64,000 bases of DNA from an uncultured Actinomycetes bacterium (GCA_963773175.1 CAVZAC010000006.1:2999-66998), one strand, 5' to 3'. Positions 1 to 10,481 are shown, counted from the stretch's first letter. Made by a program: numbers and translations. The notes: generated by a model from the letters alone, not told the origin.

Positions 1-2460
1 GCGCTCCGCAGCGGCGGCTCCGGCAGTACGGTCGCGACGGCGCGGATCGGAGCCGACAGCGTCGGCGCGGTCGACGCATCGAGTGGGCGCCTCCTGGCGT
101 CCAGTCCGGTGGAGTCGACTCCCGGAGCGCTCGCCGCGGATCGAGGCTCGGTCTGGGTCGCTAATCCCGGCAGCAACAGCGTGTCGAGGATCGACGCGAA
201 GTCGCATGCGAAGACGCAGACGATCGCCGTGGGGAACGATCCGACCGCGATCGCGATCGGCGGCGGTTTCGTGTGGGTGGCGAACGGGCTCTCCGGCACC
301 GTGTCGAAGATCGACCCGAACGCGAACGGCGGAGGCGGCGCGGTCGTGGACACGATCCCGGTCGGGAACGGGCCTTCCGGAGTCGCGTTCATCGACGGTC
401 GACTGTGGGTCGCGAACTCCACCGATCGAACGGTGCTGGAGTTCGTCGCCGGCTCGCACACGCCGCTGCGAACGATCGGCGTCGCCGGCGGTGCGGACGC
501 GCTCGCGACGGGCCTCGGGTTCGTATGGGTGGCGAGCAGCGCCGCCAACAGCGTTACGCGGATCGTCGTGCGCTCGGGGACGGTGCTGTCGGCGATCGGC
601 GTCGGCAACGGTCCCACCGCGATCGCCGTCGGCGACGGTGCCGCGTGGGTGGCGAACAGCCTGGATGGGACGCTGTCCCGGATCGACCCGAGCGACGGGG
701 CCGTCAGCGTGATCCCGGTGGGTGGGATCCCGACCGGGGTTGCCGCAGGCGGCGGGTTGGTGTGGGTGAGCGACGGCCGCGGCGGGACGATCTCGCGTGT
801 CGACCCGGCGGCGAAGACGGTCGCGAAGACTGTCCGGACCGGGAACCAGCCGCAGGAACTGGCGCTCTCCGGGCGGGCGTTGTACGTGGCGGTGAAGGCC
901 TTAGGAGTCGCGCATCGAGGCGGCACCCTGGCGGTGTTCCCGATCGACCCGACGGGTTTCGATTCGATCGATCCGGCTCGCGACTTCACCCAGGACGGGT
1001 GGTCGGCGCTGAGCGTGACGAACGATGGGCTGGTCACCTTCCAGCGCGTCGGCGGCAGCGCCGGCACGCGGCTCGTCCCCGATCTCGCTACCTCCATTCC
1101 CGTCCCGACTGACGGAGGCAGGACGTACACATTCCAGGTGCGCACCGGCATCCGCTACTCGACCGGAGCGCTTGTCGAACCGGCCGACTTCCGCCGCGCG
1201 ATCGAGCGCTCACTCTCCGCGTCCTACCGATCGCACGTCGGCGCAGGCTACATCTACGCCGGCATCGTCGGTGCCTCGTCGTGTGCGAAGAAGACCGGTC
1301 GATGCGACCTGTCCAAGGGCATCATGGTCGACCCGTCCGCGGCCACGGTCACGTTCCATCTGAGCGCACCCGACCCGGTCTTCCTCGACAAGCTCACAGA
1401 GCCCCCGGCCTACGCGGTACCCGCGGACACCCCCCTCGTGGCGCGACTCCCGCTCCCGGCCACCGGCCCGTACCTGATCAAGAAATACGAGGCGAAACAC
1501 GGCGCCGTACTAGCGCGCAATCCCAGGTTCCACGAGTGGTCGTCCGCGGCACAGCCGGCCGGTTACCCCGACGAGATCACCTGGACGTTCGGAGCCTCGT
1601 CTGCCGACCAGGTCGCGGCAGTCCGAGCAGGCACAGCCGACTACACACCCATCGCAGCCGGCCAGGCCCCCGCCTTGCGGCGTAGCGGGTACGGGAACGA
1701 GCTGCACGTCAACCCCACGTTCGAGACGGACTACTTCTTCTTCAACACGAGGCTCGCGCCCTTCGACGACGTCAGAGTTCGTCGAGCGGTCAATCTCGCC
1801 GTCGACCGGAACCACTTGATCACGCTTACGCTCGGCCCAGGCAGCGGCCAGCCGACGTGCCAGGTGCTGCCGCCGAACCTCGCCGGCTACATCCGCTACT
1901 GCCCCTACACGCCTGACCTAGTCCGAGCCAGACGGCTGGTCGCCGCATCCGGAACTACAGACCTGACCGTAACCGTCTGGTCGTTCCCTGGCCGAGCCCG
2001 CGGCGCGGCGTATCTCCGCTCGGTCTTGCGGAGCCTCGGCTACAAGACCCGACTCAAAGTGCTCGAAATCGACGCCTACTTCAAAGCCGCGAATGACCCG
2101 CGGAACCGCATCCAGGTCGGCTCCGCCGGCTGGATCGCCGACCAGCCCTCGGCGGACAACTTCTTCTACCCCCTGCTCACCTGCCCGTCCTACCGCCCGC
2201 GCTCGAACACGTACTCGAACTACGGACTGTTCTGCAGCACGCCCGTCGACCGCGAGATCACCCGCGCCCGAACGCTCGAGATCAGCGACCCCCAAGCCGC
2301 AGGCGCGCTCTGGAGCAAGATCGACCAAGACGTCGTCGACCTGGCCGCCTGGGTCGCGTACGCAAACGCTCAGACGTTCGACCTCGTCTCCAGCCGAGTC
2401 GGCAACTACCAGCACAACCCATGGTGGGGCGCGCTCCTCGACCAGATGTGGGTGCGCTAG
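1..2460 (+). CDS. YVTN/YncE-type beta-propeller repeats fused to a family-5 (peptide/nickel type) ABC substrate-binding domain; 5' end outside window
   Basis: Frame 1 is open from nt 1 (first listed start GTG 109). The N-terminal half consists of ~40-aa units like GNGPTAIAVGDGAAWVANSLDGTLSRIDP (at least 7 copies). The C-terminal half reads like SBP_bac_5 (TYTFQVRTGIRYSTGALVEPADF, NPRFHEWS, HNPWWGALLDQMWVR*). Stop 2458-2460. Confidence 0.7.
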   Translation, partial: ALRSGGSGSTVATARIGADSVGAVDASSGRLLASSPVESTPGALAADRGSVWVANPGSNSVSRIDAKSHAKTQTIAVGNDPTAIAIGGGFVWVANGLSGTVSKIDPNANGGGGAVVDTIPVGNGPSGVAFIDGRLWVANSTDRTVLEFVAGSHTPLRTIGVAGGADALATGLGFVWVASSAANSVTRIVVRSGTVLSAIGVGNGPTAIAVGDGAAWVANSLDGTLSRIDPSDGAVSVIPVGGIPTGVAAGGGLVWVSDGRGGTISRVDPAAKTVAKTVRTGNQPQELALSGRALYVAVKALGVAHRGGTLAVFPIDPTGFDSIDPARDFTQDGWSALSVTNDGLVTFQRVGGSAGTRLVPDLATSIPVPTDGGRTYTFQVRTGIRYSTGALVEPADFRRAIERSLSASYRSHVGAGYIYAGIVGASSCAKKTGRCDLSKGIMVDPSAATVTFHLSAPDPVFLDKLTEPPAYAVPADTPLVARLPLPATGPYLIKKYEAKHGAVLARNPRFHEWSSAAQPAGYPDEITWTFGASSADQVAAVRAGTADYTPIAAGQAPALRRSGYGNELHVNPTFETDYFFFNTRLAPFDDVRVRRAVNLAVDRNHLITLTLGPGSGQPTCQVLPPNLAGYIRYCPYTPDLVRARRLVAASGTTDLTVTVWSFPGRARGAAYLRSVLRSLGYKTRLKVLEIDAYFKAANDPRNRIQVGSAGWIADQPSADNFFYPLLTCPSYRPRSNTYSNYGLFCSTPVDREITRARTLEISDPQAAGALWSKIDQDVVDLAAWVAYANAQTFDLVSSRVGNYQHNPWWGALLDQMWVR

Positions 2461-2580
2461 CAGCGCCGCCAGCGTCTAAGCTCATTCCCTCGGAATTCGA
2501 CGCTGAACATCGCGCAATGTCCACGTTTGGGGGCGTCTCGCGGGTCCTCCCTCCTAACCCGCGCGCGCTAACCTGCAGCG

Positions 2581-3091
2581 ATGACCACCTTCGACCTGCG
2601 CTCGGTGAAGGTGCGGGTCGGCGAGGAGCACCGCACAGTGCAGGAGATCGAGCTGAGGCCGGTCGACCTCGCCGGAACTCGCTACATCCCGGTGCCCGAG
2701 ACGGTGGCGGCCGAGTTCGCCGTCACCCGCGCCAACACGGGCACCGTCTTCGAGCTGCGCTTCCACACGCGGCTGCACGGGCCCATGCTTCCGATGCCTC
2801 TCCGACGCCGTGCTCGACCTTCCGATCACGGCTCGCGAGTACCAGGCGGAGCAGCCCGACGGTCTGGAGGAGCTGATGACCCCGTACCTCGACGACGAGC
2901 TTCTCGATCTGTCGGCCTGGGCGCACGATGCGCTCGTGCTCAACCTGCCGGACAAGATCCTGTGCCGCGCCGACTGCGCCGGGCTCTGCCCCGTCTGCGG
3001 CGCGGATCTGAATGCCGGCCCGCACACGCACGAGGAGACCGAGCCGGACCCGCGCTGGGCCGAGCTGGCGAAGCTGCGCGACGCGCTCTGA
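2581..3091 (+). CDS. yceD: DUF177/YceD-family protein; reading frame broken once as sequenced
   Basis: N-terminal part is in frame 1 (ORF 2581..). C-terminal part is in frame 2 (ORF 2810..3091, ...CRADCAGLCPVCGADLN...). Removing one base at ~2785 (ggg ccc [a] tgc ttc cga tgc) restores LHGPCFRCL, the first CxxC motif. It lies directly upstream of rpmF, the usual synteny. Confidence 0.75.
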
Positions 3092-3132
3092 TCAGCGCTT
3101 CGCGCAGACGGCTGGTAGACTGCCCGACCGCT

Positions 3133-3321
3133 GTGGCAGTCCCCAAGAAGAAAACCTCGAAGTCGCGCCGCGACAAGCGCCGGGCCACGCACAAGCTCGA
3201 GTCCCCGCGCGTGAACGAGTGCCCGAACTGCCACCAGCCCAAGCTGCCGCACCGCGTCTGCCCGAATTGCAAGACCTACCGCGGGCGCGAGGTCGAGCCG
3301 CTCCACAGCCCGGCCCCGTAG
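3133..3321 (+). CDS. rpmF: 50S ribosomal protein L32
   Basis: GTG 3133. The protein MAVPKKKTSKSRRDKRRATHKL...CPNCHQPKLPHRVCPNCKTYRG is read from the tail of ORF 2581..3321. Confidence 0.9.
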   Translation: MAVPKKKTSKSRRDKRRATHKLESPRVNECPNCHQPKLPHRVCPNCKTYRGREVEPLHSPAP

Positions 3322-3325
3322 TCGT

Positions 3326-4330
3326 TTGACAGTACGCGTTGCCGTCGACGCGCTGGGGTCGGATCGAGGCCCGGCCGAGGTCATCGCGGGCGCGCTGGAG
3401 GCGGCGGGGGACGGCATCCAGCCGATCGTCTTCGGGCCGCCCGGCCTCGACACGGGCGGGCTCGAGCTCGTGGAGGCCGCTGACGAGATCGGGATGGACG
3501 AGAAGCCGGCCGAGGCCGTTCGCTCGAAGCCCGACAGCTCGCTGGTGTCCGCCTGCCGAGCGGTCGGCGAGGGCCGCGCCGATGCGGTCGTCTCGGCCGG
3601 GAACACCGGAGCGATGCTCGCCGCCGGTCTCCTCCACCTGCGCAGGCTGCCCGGGATCATGCGGCCGGCGATCGCCGTTCCGATCCCGTCCCGCCGTGCG
3701 CCGTCCGTGCTGATCGACTGCGGCGCGAACGCGGATGCCCGACCCGAGCATCTGCTGCAGTTCGCGCACATGGGTGCCGTCTTCGCGGCCGAGATCCTGG
3801 AGATCCCGGAGCCCGAGGTGCGCCTGCTCTCGATCGGCGAGGAGGCCGAGAAGGGGAACCAGCTGACCCTCGAGGCCCGGGAGCTGCTCGCGGCCGACGT
3901 CCGCCTGCGCTTCGCCGGAAACGTCGAGAGCCGTCAGCTGCTGGCCGGCGCGGGCGACGTCGTCGTCACCGACGGCTTCACCGGGAACGTCTGCCTGAAG
4001 CTTCTGGAGGGGGCGATCACGACGCTGCTCGAGGCGCTGCGCGAGGAGATCTCGGCTACGGCGACCGGCAAGCTCGGCGGGGTGCTGATCCGTCCCGCCG
4101 CCCGCCGCCTCCGCCACCAGCTCGACCCGGACACGTACGGCGGCGCGTACCTGCTCGGGCTCCGCGGCCTCGCCGTGATCGCCCACGGGAACTCGTCCCG
4201 GCGCGCGATCTCGAACGCCGTCAGACTGGCCGCCCGCGGAGTCGAGCACGACGTCGTGCGTCGGCTGCAGGACGAGTTGCCCGAGCGCATGCGGAGAGAA
4301 CAGGAAGAGCGTCGGGCCCCGCGTGTATGA
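3326..4330 (+). CDS. plsX: phosphate acyltransferase PlsX
   Basis: Intact 334-aa ORF (VAVDALGSDRGP..., SAGNTGAMLA, VIAHGNSS). It sits in plsX-acpP synteny. Confidence 0.9.
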   Translation: MTVRVAVDALGSDRGPAEVIAGALEAAGDGIQPIVFGPPGLDTGGLELVEAADEIGMDEKPAEAVRSKPDSSLVSACRAVGEGRADAVVSAGNTGAMLAAGLLHLRRLPGIMRPAIAVPIPSRRAPSVLIDCGANADARPEHLLQFAHMGAVFAAEILEIPEPEVRLLSIGEEAEKGNQLTLEARELLAADVRLRFAGNVESRQLLAGAGDVVVTDGFTGNVCLKLLEGAITTLLEALREEISATATGKLGGVLIRPAARRLRHQLDPDTYGGAYLLGLRGLAVIAHGNSSRRAISNAVRLAARGVEHDVVRRLQDELPERMRREQEERRAPRV

Positions 4331-4371
4331 TCGGCGCGCTTTTTCGGCCCTACAACGGTAAGTGAGGTGTG

Positions 4372-4617
4372 ATGGCAGCGTCTCGTGAGGAAGTCTTCGA
4401 GCGCGTTAAGGATGTTCTGACGGAACAGCTCGGCATCGACGAGTCCGAGATAACTCCGGACGCGTCCTTCCAGGACGATCTCGACGCCGATTCGCTCGAT
4501 CTCGTCGAGCTGATCATGGAGCTGGAGGATCAGTTCGGCATCAAGATCTCGGACGAGGACGCGCAGAAGATCACGACGGTCGGGCAGGCTGTCGACTACG
4601 TCACATCGCACCAGTAG
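4372..4617 (+). CDS. acpP: acyl carrier protein
   Basis: ORF 4369..4617 with [21 protein letters not shown] (DSL phosphopantetheine site). ATG 4372 has GAGG 4 nt upstream and is preferred over GTG 4369. Confidence 0.9.
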   Translation: MAASREEVFERVKDVLTEQLGIDESEITPDASFQDDLDADSLDLVELIMELEDQFGIKISDEDAQKITTVGQAVDYVTSHQ

Positions 4618-4624
4618 CAACGGG

Positions 4625-5302
4625 GTCGTCGAGCTCGAGCGGCTGATCGAGGCGCTCCCGGAGGAGCGGCTCGATCATGTCCTCACCCACTCTTCGTGGG
4701 CGCCCGACCGGGCGTCGTCGTACGAGCGTCTCGAGTTCCTCGGCGACAGCGTGCTGGAGCTGGCGGTGGCGCGCGCTCTGTACGAGCGGTATCCGGATTT
4801 CTCGGAAGGGCGGATGGCAAAGATCCGCTCGCACGTGGTGTCGCGGGCCAGCTGCGCCGAGGTGGCCCGCGACCTCGGCCTCGACCGCCGGCTCGCGGAG
4901 CGGGGGGCCACGGAGGTGTCGGCGGACGAGCTCGACCGGCTCACGCACAACCGGAACGTGCTGGCCGCCGTGCTCGAGGCCGCACTGGCCGCGCTGTTCC
5001 TGGCGCACGGGTTCGAGTCGATCGAGGCAGCCGTCGTCGACGCCTTTGCGGGGCGGATCGAGTACGCGCGCTCGGGCCACGTCGATCACAAGACCGAGCT
5101 CCAGGAGGTGCTCGCCCGCGACGGCCGCCAGGTCAGCTACGTCGTGCTTGCCGTGGACGGCCCGCCACATGACCGGCTCTTCACGAGCGCGGCGATGATC
5201 GGCGGCGAGCAGGCGGGGCTCGGCAGCGGCCAGACCAAGAAGGCCGCGGAGCAGTTGGCCGCGCAGGAGGCGCTGGCGTGGCTCGCCAGGGAGAGCGTGT
5301 GA
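4625..5302 (+). CDS. rnc: ribonuclease III (start codon unresolved)
   Basis: Contains YERLEFLGDSVLELAVARALYERYPDFSEGRMAKIRS (RNase III signature) and a C-terminal dsRBD (GSGQTKKAAEQLAAQEALAWL). Conserved residues begin by ~4625, but this frame has no ATG/GTG/TTG between the stop at 4511 and GTG 4751. Confidence 0.8.
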   Translation, partial: VVELERLIEALPEERLDHVLTHSSWAPDRASSYERLEFLGDSVLELAVARALYERYPDFSEGRMAKIRSHVVSRASCAEVARDLGLDRRLAERGATEVSADELDRLTHNRNVLAAVLEAALAALFLAHGFESIEAAVVDAFAGRIEYARSGHVDHKTELQEVLARDGRQVSYVVLAVDGPPHDRLFTSAAMIGGEQAGLGSGQTKKAAEQLAAQEALAWLARESV

Positions 5303-5457
5303 GCGCGCTCACCATCGTCTGTCCCACCTGTGGCGAGGCCATCCCCGGGGAGACGGCAGAGGAGCTCGTCGCCCGTGCACAGCGGCACATCGAGCAGGAG
5401 CATCCGGAGCTGATCGGCCGCTACACGGACGACGACCTGCTCGATCTCGTGCGCTGA
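5299..5457 (+). CDS. small CxxC protein, 52 aa (possibly DUF1059-like)
   Basis: Below the ORF-track size cutoff. GTG 5299 overlaps the rnc stop (GTGTGA). Translation is VSALTIVCPTCGEAIPGETAEELVARAQRHIEQEHPELIGRYTDDDLLDLVR*, with strong G/C third-position bias. Confidence 0.4.
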   Translation: MSALTIVCPTCGEAIPGETAEELVARAQRHIEQEHPELIGRYTDDDLLDLVR

Positions 5458-5494
5458 GCAGGGTCGTCCTGGGGCGCCGTCAGACTTGGCGCCG

Positions 5495-8400
5495 GTGCAC
5501 CTGAAGTCGATCAAGATCCGCGGGTTCAAATCGTTCCCGGACCCGGTCGAGATCCGGCTGGAGCCGGGTGTCGCGGTCGTGGTCGGGCCGAACGGCTCCG
5601 GGAAGTCGAATGTCGCCGACGCGCTGCTCTGGGCCGCGGGGAGTCAGAGCCCGCGCGAGCTGCGGGCCGAGCGTGCGGACGACGTCCTGTTCGCGGGCGC
5701 GAAGGGCCGGCCCCCGGCCGGCTCCTGCGAGGTCGAGCTGGTGTTCGACAACGAGGACGGCGCGCTGGCGGAGCTCGACTTCGCGGAGGTGTCGGTTGCG
5801 CGCAGGCTGCACCGCGGCGGGGAGGGTCAGTACCTCGTCAACCGTGCTGCGGTGCGCCGGCTCGATCTGGTGGAGCTGCTCGCGGACGCAGGGCTCGGCG
5901 GCGGCTTCCGGGCCGTCGTCTCGCAGGGCCGCGTCGAGGAGATCCTCGCCAGCCGCCCCGAGGAGCGGCGGGCGCTCGTGGAGGAGGCGGCAGGGCTCGG
6001 GCGTTTCAAGCTGCGGCGCCACCGCGCCGAGTTGAAGCTCGCGCGCGTCCAGGCTCAGGTCGAGCGGTCGCGCGACGTCGAGCAGGAGGTTCGGGCGAGG
6101 CTTCGGCCGCTCGCGCTCCAGGCGACGGCGGCGGAGCGTGCCGAGCGGCTCGGTGGAGAGATCGCATCGCTGCACGCTCGGGTCGCGGAGCTCGACGTCG
6201 AGGCGCTGGAGGGAAAGCTCGCGGAGGCCGAGGATGCGCGCCTGGCCGCGTCGCTCGCGCGGCGCCGCGTCGACGGGGCGCTCGAGTCCACGCTGGCCGA
6301 GCGCGACGCGGCGGAGGAGGAGCTGGCGGACGCGGCGGGCGGCCGCGAGCGCGCAACGGCGTCTCTCTACCGGATGCGGAGCGCGGTCGAGCGGCTGGAG
6401 CTGCGTCGCGAGGCGGCCGAGGCTCTCGAGTCCCGCCTGCGCTGCGACGTCGAGGAGGCCGCGTCCGCTGCGCGAGAAGAGGCGCTCGACACGGCAGCCC
6501 GGGAAGCGCAGGAGACTGCCCGGGCGGCGGCGCTGGAACGGGTCGAGTTCGCCCGGCGCGCACGGGAGCTGTACGAGCGGCTGGCGGGGGCCGAGCGCGC
6601 GCTCGCCGTCCGCGCCGAGGCGAGGGTGGTCGCGGCGGCGACGGAACGCCGACTCGCGGAGGACGAGCTCGCGGCGGCCGCGCAGGCCCGCGAGCGGCAC
6701 TACTCGGTGCGCGCCGCCGGCGAGCGGGTCGAGCTCCGGCGTGAATCGGCCGCGGCGCTGCTCGCGCGACTGCGCGGCGAGCTGGCACAGGCCGAAACGG
6801 CGCAGCGTCTCGCTCCGGACGACCTGCGGAGGGCAGCGGACGAGGCGGCCGCGGCGGCCAGGGCGGCCGTGCGCGCGCGAGACGAGCTCGGCGAGCGGGC
6901 CCGCCTGGCTCGCGACCGGCTGGCCGCTCTCGACGGCGCTCTGGCGGAGCGCGAGGGCATCCCGCCTGCCGCCCGCGCTCTGGCGGAGGCGGGCCAGCGC
7001 CTGGCGCTGCAACTGGTCGATGTCGAGCCCGGGCACGAGCGGGCCGTCGCGGCCGCTCTCGGGCCGCGGGCGTCGGCGGTGGTCGCCGCGCGACGCGGTG
7101 GCTGCGCTGGCGCTCGTCGAGCAGGCCGCAGCCTCCGGGCTCGGGGCGTTGCGGGTGCTGATCGGACGCGACCCGGCCGAGCTGGTGCGGGAGCTTCCGA
7201 TCGTGCCGAAGGAGCGGCTGCTCGCCTCCCGCGGCCCTGCCGTGACCGTCGAGGGGTTCGGCTACGACCCCGGCCGCGGCGAGCTCTGGTTCGCGGGTGC
7301 GGCCGCGGAGGCGGTGCAGCTGGAGCTGCGCGCCCGCAGGCGCGCGCTGGCGGCTGAGGCGGGGAAGCTCGACCGGGCAGTCGCGAGGGCCGGCGTGAAC
7401 GCAGAGCGCGCGGAGCGGGTCGAGGCGGAAGCCGAGCGGCAGCTCGAGGCGATTCCGCCGGAGCTCCGCCGGCCGCTGCCCGCGCCGGCGGTCGCCGTGC
7501 GCCTCGTCGGTGGAGCGCAGCGCCTCGACGCAGCGTTGCTCGCGGCCGCCGCTGCCGCGCGACGCTTGGAGGAGGGGTCGGCCGCGGGAGCCGCCGCCGG
7601 CGCACCGCTCCGGCAGCTGGCGGACGCCGAGACGGCCTGTCGGCGCCAGGCGCAGGACGCCGCGGCGCGGGCGGCCGCAGCCGAGGCCGAGCTCGTGCGC
7701 CTGGGCGGATCCCCCGGCGCCGCCACCGTCGGCGACGCCGCGTCGCTGCGCGCAGCCGCCGCCGACGCCGGCTCCGAGCTCACCGCGGCCGAGGAGCGCG
7801 CGGCGCGGGCAGCCGAGGACGCGCGGCGGGCCGTCGCGAACCGCGACGCCGCCCTGGGCCGCTCCCCGGACCGCGACCTCCTGGCGCGGATGGCCGATGC
7901 CGCAGCGAGGCTGGCCGCGATCCTCGCGGCGGCGGCGGCCTCCGCCGGACGGGTCGAGGGCCCGCTGCGCGCCCGGGTCGATGCGGGGACGTCCCGCACG
8001 GGCGAGCTGGCCGCGGACCTGCGGCGCCTCGCCGAGCGCGAGGCAGAGCTCCGGCGCGAGGCGGGCGCGGCCGCCGAGCGAGCCTCGGCCGCGGACGTGG
8101 CGTTCGCGACGATCGGATCGAGCCTGGCCGACGCGCGGCACCGGCTGGGCGAGGCCGGGGTCGACCCGGCGCAGGGCGAGAACCGGGACGAGCTCGTGCA
8201 GCGCGCCGAGCGGCTCGAGCGCCGGCGCGAATCACTGGGCCAGGTGAACCCGCTGGCCAAGGCCGACTACGAACGCGAGCGGGAGCGGCTCGACGACTGC
8301 CGCCTGCAGCGGGAGGACCTGGAGCGGAGCCTCCGGGAGCTCGAACGGCTGCGTGCGGAGCTCGCCGAGACCGTCGAGCAGCGCTTCACGGAGACGTTCG

Positions 8401-8858
8401 GCACGATCGCGGAGACCTTCTCCGAGGTCGCTGCCACGCTCTTCCCGGGCGGCGAGGGGCGCCTCTCGCTCGTCGAGCCGGGCGAGGAGGAGGGCGCCGA
8501 ACCCGGCATCGAGGTCGAGCTGCGGCCGGCGGGCAAGCGGGTCACGCGGCTCTCGCTGCTCTCGGGCGGCGAGAAGGCGCTCGGCGCGATCGCCTTCCTG
8601 TTCGCGCTGTTCCTGGCCCGGCCGTGCCCGTTCTACCTGCTCGACGAGGTCGAGGCCGCGCTGGACGACGCCAACATCGGCCGCTTCGTCGCGCTGCTGC
8701 GCCGCTACTCGGACCGGGCCCAGTTCATCGTCGTCACGCACCAGAAGCGGACGATGGAGGCGGCCGACCTGCTGTACGGCGTGACGATGGGCACGGACGG
8801 GGTCTCGGAGGTCGTCTCCCGTCGCATGCCGCGAGAGCGCGCCGCGGTTCCCGCCTGA
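5495..8858 (+). CDS. smc: chromosome segregation protein SMC; one frame break as sequenced
   Basis: Has Walker A GPNGSGKSN, a long coiled coil, a hinge (VDVEPGHERAVAAALG), the signature LSGGEKALGAIAF and Walker B FYLLDEVEAALD. N-part is in frame 2 (ORF 5486..7357) and C-part in frame 3 (ORF 6138..8858), with a +1 step at ~7085. Span length is 3n+1. GTG 5495 gives the classic MHLKSIKIRGFKSF start. Confidence 0.85.
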
Positions 8859-8866
8859 CCCCGACC

Positions 8867-9817
8867 GTGGCGCGATCCTGGGCTGAGCTGCTGGGCGCCG
8901 AAGGCGCCGTACCCGAGCCCGAGACGGCGCGCGCGGGTGTCTTCGCCCGCCTCCGCGACTCGCTCGGTCGCTCCCGCAGAGCGCTCACCGAGCAGCTCGC
9001 CGTGGCGGCGTTCGACCCCGCGGACGATGCCGCCTGGGAGCGGCTCGAGGAGGCGCTGATCGCCGCCGACGTGGGCGTGCGCTCGACCGCCGAGCTCGTC
9101 CGGCGGCTCGAGGCCCGGCCCGAGCTGGGCGATCTGAACGACGCTCTCGCCGAGGAGATCGCCGCCCTGCTCGGAGACCCGGGCCGGCTGCGCGTCGACG
9201 GCGAGCCCGGTGTGATCCTCGTCGTCGGCGTGAACGGCACCGGCAAGACGACGACGATCGGGAAGCTCGCGTTCAGGCTTGCCGAGCACGGGCACTCGGT
9301 GCTGGTGGCCGCCGCGGACACGTTCCGCGCCGCCGCCGACGAGCAGCTCGAGATCTGGGCCAAGCGGGCCGGCGCGGACTTCGTGGGCGCAGAGCGGGGC
9401 GCCGATCCCGCGGCCGTCGCCTACGACGCGCTCGAGGCGGCCCGCGCCCGCCGCCGCGACGTCGTCCTCGTCGACACGGCGGGACGGCTGCACACGCAGC
9501 AGAACCTGATGGCCGAGCTGGAGAAAGTGCGTCGCGTCCTCGCCCGGCGGCTCCCGGGCGCACCGCACGAGACACTGCTCGTGCTGGACGCGACCACGGG
9601 CCAGAACGGTCTCCAGCAGGCACGGCTGTTCCGCGAGGTGGTCGACGTCACCGGCGTGGCGCTGACCAAGCTCGACGGCTCGGCGAAGGGTGGGATCGCG
9701 GTCGCGATCGCACACGAGCTCGGGCTCCCGGTCAAGCTCGTCGGCGTCGGCGAGCAGCTCGATGATCTCCGGCCGTTCGATCCGCAGGATTTCGCACGCG
9801 CCCTCGTCGGCAGCTGA
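8867..9817 (+). CDS. ftsY: signal recognition particle receptor FtsY
   Basis: Tail of ORF 8624..9817. GTG 8867 lies just after the smc stop. Motifs are GVNGTGKTTTIGKLA, DTAGRLH and TKLDGSAKGG. Intact. Confidence 0.85.
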   Translation: MARSWAELLGAEGAVPEPETARAGVFARLRDSLGRSRRALTEQLAVAAFDPADDAAWERLEEALIAADVGVRSTAELVRRLEARPELGDLNDALAEEIAALLGDPGRLRVDGEPGVILVVGVNGTGKTTTIGKLAFRLAEHGHSVLVAAADTFRAAADEQLEIWAKRAGADFVGAERGADPAAVAYDALEAARARRRDVVLVDTAGRLHTQQNLMAELEKVRRVLARRLPGAPHETLLVLDATTGQNGLQQARLFREVVDVTGVALTKLDGSAKGGIAVAIAHELGLPVKLVGVGEQLDDLRPFDPQDFARALVGS

Positions 9818-9847
9818 CGCTCGGCGATCGCGCGCCCCGGCTGACGA

Positions 9848-10414
9848 TCAGCGCTCGCGACGAAGCGTGAGGATCGCGACCGAGCCGGTTTGCCTTGTCT
9901 CCACGAGCTCGAAGGACAGCGTGTCCCCGTCCGCGAACAGGCGCTTGCCGCTCCCCAGCACGATCGGGAACACCATCAGGCGGAGCTCGTCGATCAGGTC
10001 CAGCGCCAGCAGCGACTGCACGAGCCGGGCGCTTCCGGCGACGAGGATGTCGCCGGCGAACCGCCGCTTCAGCTCGCCGACCTCCTCCGCGAGGTCGCCC
10101 TGGAGCACGGTCGTGTTGTTCCACGCGGGGTTCTCGAGGGTCGTCGACGCGACGAACTTGGGCATCGCGTTCATCTTCTCGCCGAACTCGCCCGTGCCCT
10201 CCATCGACGGCCACGCCTTCGCAAAGCCCTCGTACGTCACACGCCCGAGGAGCTGGGCGTCGCTCGCCGTCAGCTCGTCCAGCTTGAACCTGTCGCCCTC
10301 GTCGCCACGGTCGAACCGGAACGCCCAGCCGCCGTGGACGTACTTCTCTGCTCCGCCCGGATCCTCCATCACGCCGTCGAGCGACACGAACTCGGTCACG
10401 ACAAGCTTGCCCAT
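9848..10414 (-). CDS. dihydrofolate reductase-family (RibD C-terminal domain) protein
   Basis: ORF 9848..10477. ATG 10414 is preceded by GGGAGGAAG. Sequence MGKLVVTEFVSLDGV...GDILVAGSARLVQSLL...LRLMVFPIVLGSGKRLF. Intact. Confidence 0.7.
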   Translation of the reverse strand: MGKLVVTEFVSLDGVMEDPGGAEKYVHGGWAFRFDRGDEGDRFKLDELTASDAQLLGRVTYEGFAKAWPSMEGTGEFGEKMNAMPKFVASTTLENPAWNNTTVLQGDLAEEVGELKRRFAGDILVAGSARLVQSLLALDLIDELRLMVFPIVLGSGKRLFADGDTLSFELVETRQTGSVAILTLRRER

Positions 10415-10481
10415 GGTCTTCCTCCCGTCTGCGTTGCGCGGTGTGCTGTGAAGACCATCCTGCCCGCTGGAACTCATCGAC

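Noticed and set aside
6006-8141. A 711-aa ORF on the minus strand. Many other long Arg/Pro/Ala-rich ORFs lie antisense or out of frame to real genes (e.g. 2554..3771-, 3092..4249-, 13021..14382-, 24746..26368-).
   Set aside because: These are low-complexity R/P/A/G translations with no family resemblance, lying opposite well-supported genes. They are the expected stop-poor shadow frames of very GC-rich DNA.
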